A stretch of 37,291 bases of DNA. It comes from Terriglobia bacterium. Lineage in GTDB: Bacteria > Acidobacteriota > Terriglobia > Terriglobales > Acidobacteriaceae. The notes beneath the pieces were generated by a model. It saw nothing but the letters and a program-made list of their open reading frames with translations, was not told where the DNA came from and made no database searches. The position numbers were made by a program, and so were the translations under genes. The first letter of the stretch is position 1. The number at the start of each line of letters is the position of its first letter. Where the stretch lies: the NCBI GenBank assembly GCA_021323935.1, contig JAJPJZ010000240.1, positions 1 through 37,291 on the forward strand, in the 5' to 3' direction. Of this stretch, positions 30,839-37,291 are shown one piece after another.

Positions 30839-31944
30839 CGGTATGCAACGATTGCGGCCTGAGCAGCCGAAGCCGGCCTGGCCACCAGTGACGCCGGCCA
30901 GGGCGAGGTGTGAAGCCGGAGCAGTTGTTCGAAGACAAACGGCCGCGCACTGAACAGCGAAAGCATGGCCGAGCGCAGATGCGGATGGCGGCCCATCGAG
31001 AGCATCAGGCGTTCCATGACGGCGGGCACTCGCATCAGCTTGCGATGGCTGGCGCAGTAGCGGCCCAGGTCGCCATGGGCGAGCGCTTCACCAAGAGCGA
31101 GCGCCTGCAAAAATGCTACTGCCATGCCCTGCCCGGTGATGGCATCAAGCGAACCGGAAGCCTCGCCGACTAACGCCACGTTGCCGCGCGCTACCGAAGG
31201 CAGCCGGCGCGAGCAGGTGATGGCACCACGAGGCGCTCCCAAAGGACTTGCGTTCTGCAACCGCAGGCGCAGTTCAGGAAAGGCCGCCATTGCCTCGGCT
31301 GCCGAACAGTGCCGCCGTGGCGACAAGAAAGCGACACACACCTGATCGCCCGCCACCGGCGTGACGTAGGCTTCACCCGCCTTGCTCCAATACACTTCCA
31401 CGACCTCGCCCCAGGGCGCGGCCTGAAAATGCTGGCGCAGGCCAAACCTCTGCCCGCGGCAGCCGCCACGCTCAAGTCCAGACCACTTGCGCACTGCTGA
31501 ATTATTGCCGTCAGCGCCGATGATCCAGCGGGCTGACACGCGCCGGCCGTCGAGCAAAACTTGCGGTCCGGCGAGGCTGACGCGCGCGCCCCAGCACAAC
31601 TCGACGCCGGCTTCCTCGGCGCGCTCGGTTAATGCGCCATGCAACACCGGGCGGCGAACCCCCTGCCCGGCGCCCGATGCGAAATGCGCCGTAGCCTGGC
31701 GATGGGAGGCAATGAAGCGGATCCCGCGGAAGCGCACGTTTTCGCGGGCATGGAGCGCCACGCCCAGGCGCTCTAACGCCGAAACTGCCTCGGGCATGAG
31801 ACCTTCGCCGCAGGCTTTATCAATGGGCGGGCGAGCGTGGTCAGCCAGCATGACGGCAAAGCCACGCTGCCGCGCGGCAATGGCCGCAGCCAGCCCTGCG
31901 GGCCCTCCGCCTACCACCAACACGTCTGTCGTAATGCTGCTCAC
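30835..31944 (-). CDS. FAD-dependent oxidoreductase/monooxygenase (geranylgeranyl-reductase-like family)
   Basis: DVLVVGGGPAGLAAAIAARQRGFAVMLAD..DKACGEGLMP.. GTG start 6 nt after the PKS stop. Confidence 0.85.
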   Translation of the reverse strand: MSSITTDVLVVGGGPAGLAAAIAARQRGFAVMLADHARPPIDKACGEGLMPEAVSALERLGVALHARENVRFRGIRFIASHRQATAHFASGAGQGVRRPVLHGALTERAEEAGVELCWGARVSLAGPQVLLDGRRVSARWIIGADGNNSAVRKWSGLERGGCRGQRFGLRQHFQAAPWGEVVEVYWSKAGEAYVTPVAGDQVCVAFLSPRRHCSAAEAMAAFPELRLRLQNASPLGAPRGAITCSRRLPSVARGNVALVGEASGSLDAITGQGMAVAFLQALALGEALAHGDLGRYCASHRKLMRVPAVMERLMLSMGRHPHLRSAMLSLFSARPFVFEQLLRLHTSPWPASLVARPASAAQAAIVAYR

Positions 31945-31950
31945 TTCAAC

Positions 31951-33000
31951 TCACCAACGCAATAAAACCAGTTCGGAACAGAAACCGGGACCCATGGCCG
32001 CCAGCATGCTGTAAGTTCCGGGCGCGCCGCGCCGCCGGGCCAGGAAATCCTGCAGCACCAGCAGCACCGAGGCTGACGACAAATTGCCGACGCTGCGCAG
32101 AGACTCCCACGATGCCGCCAGGGCCTCGCGCGGCAGGTGGAGCGCGCTCTGCACTGCGTCCAGAACTTTTGGACCGCCCGTGTGAACGATCCAGCTTGCG
32201 ATATCGGAGCGCGCCATTCCCCGCTCACCTAAGAACTCATCGACATCCGCGCGCAGATGCTCGGTGATGACGTTGGGCACATCGGGCGAGAGCACAATGC
32301 GGAATCCGCGCTCTGAAACGTCCCAGCCCATCACGTCTTCGGAGTCAGGATAGAAAACGGATTTGGTGGCCACCACCTCCGGCCCCGGGAAGCGGGTTTC
32401 GCTGCCGGCAATCACGACCGCGGCGGCCCCATCGCCGAAAAGGCCGCTGGAAATCAGGTTGGCAACCGAAACGTCGTCGCGCTGCCAGGTGAGCGAGCAC
32501 AGCTCGACCGAAAGCAGGACGGCAACTTCATCGGGGAAGGCGCGAACGTAATCGGCGGCGCGCGCAATTCCGGCCGCCCCGGCCACACAGCCCAGACCAA
32601 AAATCGGCAGCCGCTTGATGCTCGGCTGCAGCTTCATGCGATTGACCAGGCGCGCATCAACGGAGGGGCTGCAGATGCCGGTCACTGACGTGAAAAACAA
32701 CGCATCAATCTCATCGGGCTCGATGCCCGCGGGCGTAATGGCGCGGCAAATTGCGTCTTCGCCAATCTCCTGCGCCGTCTCGATCCAAGCGTTGTTGTTC
32801 TTGCCGAAGGTATCGACCGCGGGGTAGGCCTCGAGCGGCAATGCCATGTAGCGAAAATCGACGCCGCAGCGGGAATGCAGCCGGCGCAGGACCTCGGGGT
32901 TATCGAGCTTTTCGCGCCAGATGTCCTGGAGTGCCGCAGTGATGGCGGCCTGGCGGTAGCGATGTTGGGGGAAAGCGCTGCCTGCGCCGGCTATTCTCAT
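31951..33000 (-). CDS. type III polyketide synthase (chalcone/stilbene synthase superfamily)
   Basis: Cys-His-Asn triad contexts: IFGLGCVAGAAG, IVHTGGPKVLD, VGNLSSASVLLVL. 349 aa. Confidence 0.92.
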   Translation of the reverse strand: MRIAGAGSAFPQHRYRQAAITAALQDIWREKLDNPEVLRRLHSRCGVDFRYMALPLEAYPAVDTFGKNNNAWIETAQEIGEDAICRAITPAGIEPDEIDALFFTSVTGICSPSVDARLVNRMKLQPSIKRLPIFGLGCVAGAAGIARAADYVRAFPDEVAVLLSVELCSLTWQRDDVSVANLISSGLFGDGAAAVVIAGSETRFPGPEVVATKSVFYPDSEDVMGWDVSERGFRIVLSPDVPNVITEHLRADVDEFLGERGMARSDIASWIVHTGGPKVLDAVQSALHLPREALAASWESLRSVGNLSSASVLLVLQDFLARRRGAPGTYSMLAAMGPGFCSELVLLRW

Positions 33001-33082
33001 CTAAACCTGGCAATCTGCGGGATGCTGTTGTGAACCCCGCGTTTTCCGTTAAGTTGCGTTGTAACCCACCGAAGACCGAGGG

Positions 33083-33904
33083 TTACTGAATGGCCCTTAG
33101 TTCCTTGCCGTAGAGCGGATTCTGCGGAAACTGCTGCGCCAATTCGCTGAGCAGCTCACGCGCCGAGGGCTTGTCGTTATCGCGCAGCGCCGCTACCGCC
33201 AGCAACAAGCGGGCGAAGGGGCGCAGGTAATGGCCTTTTTCAGCCGTAAGGCGCAGGCGGTCAATACCGGTGCTGCGGTCGGTTTGGGCGCCGCCCATGC
33301 GCAACATCCAGCGCAGAGGCGCCGGCTTCAGGCTGAGCAAGTAATTTTCAACTCCAACCGCCAGGTAGGCGTCATATCGCGCCGGATCGAGGGCCAGCAA
33401 CCGCTCGGCCAGCTCTCGCGCCTGCTTCATGTTTGAAAGCCCCTGCAGCTGGCGCTTTTCAATCAGCGCTACATAATCGCCGCGCAGGCCAAGCGCCAGC
33501 ACGGAGGCGAACATGGCCTGGGCGTCGTTCGGGTTGCGGCTGAGCGCCTGGGATGCAAGCTGCGAGCCGCGATCGAGCGAGGCAAAAAATTTCTGGCGGA
33601 GGGCTGGATCGGGCGCCAGGCGATTCTTGGTCTCAAAGCTCTTATCGTTAGTGAAAAACTCGACTTCAAGAATGTGCAGGCGATTGAACTCCGCAAACAA
33701 GTACGCGGCGGCATCGGCTACCGGGCAGAGCGGGTCGGCGGGATGGGAGCTCTGCCAGCCGGCAAGCTCGCGATGCGCGGCATCGAATTCGAGGTTATAC
33801 ATATCGCGAAAAGCCGCGTCCATGGCTGAGTTGCCGAGCCCGTCGGCGGCCGCGAGCGGCGCCGAGAACAACACCAGGAAGGCCAGGATGCGCAACCGCA
33901 TCAA
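33083..33904 (-). CDS. secreted helical-repeat (TPR-like) hypothetical protein
   Basis: Signal peptide [19 protein letters not shown], then helical-repeat-like sequence. The start is TTG 33904 or ATG 33901, overlapping the aminotransferase stop (TGATG). Confidence 0.7.
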   Translation of the reverse strand: MMRLRILAFLVLFSAPLAAADGLGNSAMDAAFRDMYNLEFDAAHRELAGWQSSHPADPLCPVADAAAYLFAEFNRLHILEVEFFTNDKSFETKNRLAPDPALRQKFFASLDRGSQLASQALSRNPNDAQAMFASVLALGLRGDYVALIEKRQLQGLSNMKQARELAERLLALDPARYDAYLAVGVENYLLSLKPAPLRWMLRMGGAQTDRSTGIDRLRLTAEKGHYLRPFARLLLAVAALRDNDKPSARELLSELAQQFPQNPLYGKELRAIQ

Positions 33905-35295
33905 ACATTCACCGCGCGGCGTGCCAGTGAGAGTGCGTCTGACCAGAAGGCCGACGAAGTGTGAACGTCTCGTAAAACCGCCGCAACCGCCAGAACAAAT
34001 TCATCGATCTGGGCTTGTGTAATCACCAGCGGCGGTGCGGCCTTCAGCACCATGAAGTTGTTGCCGCAGATTTGCGTAAGCATGCCGTGGTCGCGCAGCA
34101 GGCGGCGAACAATCATCTGGCCGAACATGCCGCCGTGAACCCGGCGAAAGGCTTCATACGGCACGCGCAGGCGAATCGAGCCCGGCGCACGGAACCGGAT
34201 GCCGCACATCAACCCCATGCCGTGTACGCCTTCGACCATTTCGAGGTCGGCAAGTGCGTGCGCCAGTTGTTCACGCAGGTATTCGCCCAGCACCTGAGCG
34301 CGCTCGGCGAGATTTTCACGATCGAGCACTTCGAGCGTGGCCAGGCCAGCGCGCATGGCCAGCGAGTTCTCGCTATAGGTGGAGGTGTGAATGATGGCGC
34401 GCTTCAGCGAATCGTAAACCGATTCGTACACTTCATCGGTCATCAGCACGGCGGCCACGGGCACCAGGCCGCCACTGAGCGCCTTGGCCAGCACAATCAT
34501 GTCAGGATCAACGCCGAAATGCTGCGCAGCCAGGAACTTGCCGGTGCGGCCGAGGCCGGTTTGAACTTCATCAAGCACAAACAGCGTGCCGTAGCGGCGG
34601 CACAACGCCTGCGCGTCACGCAGATAATTCGCGTGCGGCAGCCGAATGCCGGCTTCGCCCTGGATGGGCTCCACGATGAAGGCTGCGTGCTTGCGCGTCT
34701 TGAGCTCGCGTTCGAGCGCAGCAACGTCGTTGAATGGAAGTTCTTTCGTGCCGCTCAGCAACGGGCCAAATCCCTGTTTCCAGAAGCTGTCGCCCATCAG
34801 CGAAAGAGCGCCGCAGGTCAGGCCGTGGAAGGCGCCCGCGCAATAAAGAAGGCCTTCCCTGCGGGTGCGCGCGCGCGCGAATTTGATGACAGCTTCAACG
34901 CCCTCACTGCCTGAGCTGCAGAAAAACACCTTGTTCACTTGCCCGCCGGCGCGGCGGCAGAGCTCAGCCGCAAGCGTGCCCGCAAGCTCGGGAACATGGC
35001 TCTGCAGCATGGCTGGGCCGCTGCTCTGCAGTTCGGCCTGGAGCGCCTGGATAATGTGAGGGTGGTTGTGGCCGGTATTGTGAACGCAATATCCGGAGAG
35101 AAAATCGAGGAGGCGCCGGCCGCCCGCGGTGAACAGCTCTGCTCCCTGGCAGCGGACGTAACGCTCGTTCATCTGCAACAGGTCAAGCAGCCGCACCCAT
35201 TGCGGATTTACGTGCGCAGCGTAGTCGCTGTTCGGCGACGGAGATTCCGTTACGTCGGCATCCAGAACGGGCGAACTTGGGCTGGGAAACGTCAT
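33901..35295 (-). CDS. class III PLP-dependent aminotransferase (acetylornithine/GABA-AT family)
   Basis: ..[18 protein letters not shown].., ..[11 protein letters not shown].., ..[14 protein letters not shown].., ..[10 protein letters not shown].. (PLP Lys). Confidence 0.9.
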   Translation of the reverse strand: MTFPSPSSPVLDADVTESPSPNSDYAAHVNPQWVRLLDLLQMNERYVRCQGAELFTAGGRRLLDFLSGYCVHNTGHNHPHIIQALQAELQSSGPAMLQSHVPELAGTLAAELCRRAGGQVNKVFFCSSGSEGVEAVIKFARARTRREGLLYCAGAFHGLTCGALSLMGDSFWKQGFGPLLSGTKELPFNDVAALERELKTRKHAAFIVEPIQGEAGIRLPHANYLRDAQALCRRYGTLFVLDEVQTGLGRTGKFLAAQHFGVDPDMIVLAKALSGGLVPVAAVLMTDEVYESVYDSLKRAIIHTSTYSENSLAMRAGLATLEVLDRENLAERAQVLGEYLREQLAHALADLEMVEGVHGMGLMCGIRFRAPGSIRLRVPYEAFRRVHGGMFGQMIVRRLLRDHGMLTQICGNNFMVLKAAPPLVITQAQIDEFVLAVAAVLRDVHTSSAFWSDALSLARRAVNV

Positions 35296-35422
35296 TCAGG
35301 TTTTAACCCGCGCAGGCGCAAAAAGCTGCGTTGTTACAAGTGTAGTGCGTCCAGCGCCGGCAGATCAGGAATTTGCCCTGCTCTCACGCTTGCTTCTATA
35401 GTCGAACGGCACGGGCTACGAA

Positions 35423-37024
35423 ATGTCACCCACTCGCCGCGAATTTGTAAAGAATTCAGCCCTGGCCGGGGCTGCTGCCGCCGCCATCGCCTCTGCCCCG
35501 GCGACGTTTGCCGCACCTGCAGCCACGGAACTTGACGAACTCACGGTGGCGGAGCTGGCGGCCGGACTGGTTGCCGGCCGTTTCACCTGCCGCGGCCTGG
35601 CGCAGCATTATCTTGACCGCATTGCCGGCCTCGATAAGAGCGGGCCAGGGCTGAATTCGGTCATCGAGCTGAACCCTGACGCGCCGGCAATCGCTGACGC
35701 GCTCGACTCAGAGCTGAAGGCGAAAGGACGTCGCGGGCCGCTTCACGGCGTGCCGCTGCTCATCAAGGACAACATCGCCACCCGCGATCGCATGCAAACC
35801 ACGGCCGGCTCGCTGGCATTAGTGGGCAGCGTTCCGCCGCGCGACGCGTTCATCGTTCAGCAACTGCGAAAGGCCGGAGCCGTGATTCTCGGCAAAACGA
35901 ACCTGAGCGAGTGGGCCAATATTCGTTCCGCGCATTCCACCAGCGGGTGGAGCGGGCGCGGCGGCCTGACCCGGCATCCGTATGCGCTCGATCGCAACCC
36001 CAGCGGTTCCAGCTCAGGCTCGGCGGTGGCGGCGTCTTCGAATTTGTGCGCCGTGGCAGTCGGCACCGAAACCGATGGCTCAGTCATCAGCCCGTCTGCG
36101 ATGTGCGGCCTGGTCGGCATCAAGCCGACCGTTGGTCTGGTCAGCCGCAGCGGAATCGTGCCGATCGCGCACAGCCAGGACACGGCCGGCCCCATGTGCC
36201 GCAGCGTTGGCGATGCGGCCGCGCTGCTCAGCGCGATGGCCGGCCTCGATGCTGCTGATGTCGCCACTGCCGCCCAGCGACGAGCGCCCGATTACACAAA
36301 GTTCCTGGACGAGAACGGCTTACGCGGTGCGCGCCTGGGCGTGGTGCGCAAGTACTTCGGCTTCAACGATGCAGTGGACCGCATCGCCGAAGCTGCGCTG
36401 GCAGCCATGAAGCGCGCGGGCGCTGAGATCATCGATCCTGCCGACATTCCGACCATCGGCAAATGGGACGAAACCGAGCTGCTGGTGCTGCTCTATGAAT
36501 TGAAGGCCGATCTGAATAAATACCTGGCGGAGCTTGGGCCGGGTGCGCCGGTAAAGTCGTTGAAGGACATTATTGAGTTCAACAATCAGCATGCTGCCGA
36601 AGAGATGCCCTACTTCGGCCAGGACCAGTTCATCAAAGCAGAAGCCAAAGGCCCGCTTACCACCAAAGAATATGTCGATGCGCTCGCGGCCAACCATCGC
36701 CTAACCCGCCGTGAAGGCATTGATTTGGTCATGGACAAATTCAGGCTTGACGCGCTGGTGGCGCCCTCTGACAGCCCAGCGTGGCTGACCGACCTGGTCG
36801 ATGGCGACCACCAGATTGCCAACAACACCAGCGCCGCAGCCGTTGCCGGCTATCCACACATCACGGTTCCGGCCGGGCTGGTTCGTGGATTGCCGATTGG
36901 AATGTCATTTTTCGGCCGCGCGTGGAGCGAGCCGGTGCTGCTGAAGCTTGCGTACTCATTCGAGCAGGCGACGAAGGCGCGCAGGCCGCCGCAATTCTTG
37001 CCAACCGCCGATCTGCACGCATGA
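35423..37024 (+). CDS. Tat-exported amidase (amidase-signature family)
   Basis: Twin-arginine signal SPTRREFVKNSALAGAAAAAIA. AS motif GSSSGSAVAASS and LIKDNI (Lys). Confidence 0.9.
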   Translation: MSPTRREFVKNSALAGAAAAAIASAPATFAAPAATELDELTVAELAAGLVAGRFTCRGLAQHYLDRIAGLDKSGPGLNSVIELNPDAPAIADALDSELKAKGRRGPLHGVPLLIKDNIATRDRMQTTAGSLALVGSVPPRDAFIVQQLRKAGAVILGKTNLSEWANIRSAHSTSGWSGRGGLTRHPYALDRNPSGSSSGSAVAASSNLCAVAVGTETDGSVISPSAMCGLVGIKPTVGLVSRSGIVPIAHSQDTAGPMCRSVGDAAALLSAMAGLDAADVATAAQRRAPDYTKFLDENGLRGARLGVVRKYFGFNDAVDRIAEAALAAMKRAGAEIIDPADIPTIGKWDETELLVLLYELKADLNKYLAELGPGAPVKSLKDIIEFNNQHAAEEMPYFGQDQFIKAEAKGPLTTKEYVDALAANHRLTRREGIDLVMDKFRLDALVAPSDSPAWLTDLVDGDHQIANNTSAAAVAGYPHITVPAGLVRGLPIGMSFFGRAWSEPVLLKLAYSFEQATKARRPPQFLPTADLHA

Positions 37025-37201
37025 AGTGACCGCACCCTCACGCGGTGTTCATTGCCGCACACTTTTTTCAGAGTCGAACACTGCACCAAGTGAGTGGTGC
37101 GCAGAACTGCGCGAATCCAGCGGGGAATCGCGCTACTGCGCTTTGGAATTATGCGTGCTCCGCAGCAGGGCAAGCGGAGCTATAGCTGAAGAGGTGGTGC
37201 G

Positions 37202-37291
37202 ATGCACAATCAGGCTCGCAGCGCGTTGTTGTCGTTTCCCGCCGACCTGGTGCAGGCAGTTCGGAACCTGCGCAAGTCGCGAAGCTTTGCC
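37202..37291 (+). CDS. N-terminus of a MacB/ADOP-type permease (truncated by the window end)
   Basis: MHNQARSALLSFPADLVQAVRNLRKSRSFA matches the typical ..LRxLRKSPGF.. N-terminus of acidobacterial duplicated FtsX permeases. Only 30 codons are visible. Confidence 0.45.
   Translation, partial: MHNQARSALLSFPADLVQAVRNLRKSRSFA

Noticed and set aside
33001-33082. Plus-strand hairpin plus TTTTCC in the TPR/PKS spacer as a terminator
   Set aside because: The stem is only about 5 bp, there is no plus-strand gene upstream, and both neighbours are on the minus strand. It is probably fortuitous.
37025-37201. Terminator after the amidase gene
   Set aside because: Only 4-5 bp stems precede the CTTTTTTC tract near 37064. 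This is too weak to call.

Overview
This is a GC-rich bacterial chromosomal segment (GC not computed; long antisense shadow ORFs are consistent with high GC). It is densely coded, with about 36 CDS and two tRNA-Val genes. I found no transposase, integrase, CRISPR array or rRNA. The protein repertoire suggests an Acidobacteriota-like soil bacterium: many orphan receiver domains, an Ig-repeat exoprotein, MacB/ADOP-type permeases and LTxxQ-type periplasmic proteins. That taxonomic call is inference only. Recognisable housekeeping or metabolic genes are alr, glmS, purS, gcdH, an ECF sigma/anti-sigma pair, a deoxyhypusine-synthase-like enzyme, an M20 amidohydrolase, a class-III aminotransferase, a Tat-exported amidase, a CrtI-like oxidoreductase, a GT2 glycosyltransferase and an EamA transporter. 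Six things deserve a second look. (1) A tightly packed minus-strand operon of type III polyketide synthase, FAD oxidoreductase and secreted YceI lipid-binding protein (30.3-33.0 kb), preceded by an overlapping aminotransferase/TPR-like pair. (2) A small His/Cys-knuckle domain present once alone and once fused to an atypical receiver (15.8-16.7 kb), beside an overlapping receiver/pseudo-receiver pair; the window has five single-domain receivers and no histidine kinase. (3) A roughly 400 nt ORF-free, stem-dense trailer between tRNA-Val(CAC) and its own terminator (3.6-4.0 kb). (4) An orphan minus-strand intrinsic terminator preceded by a long hairpin exposing CCCCUCCU, a candidate anti-SD sRNA (27.66-27.8 kb). 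(5) An EamA gene whose first transmembrane helix is encoded in frame directly after the glmS stop with no canonical start codon. (6) A DUF3142-like/763-aa lipoprotein pair and a DehI-like pseudo-dimer. All functional calls rest on motif recognition by eye; no database search was possible.
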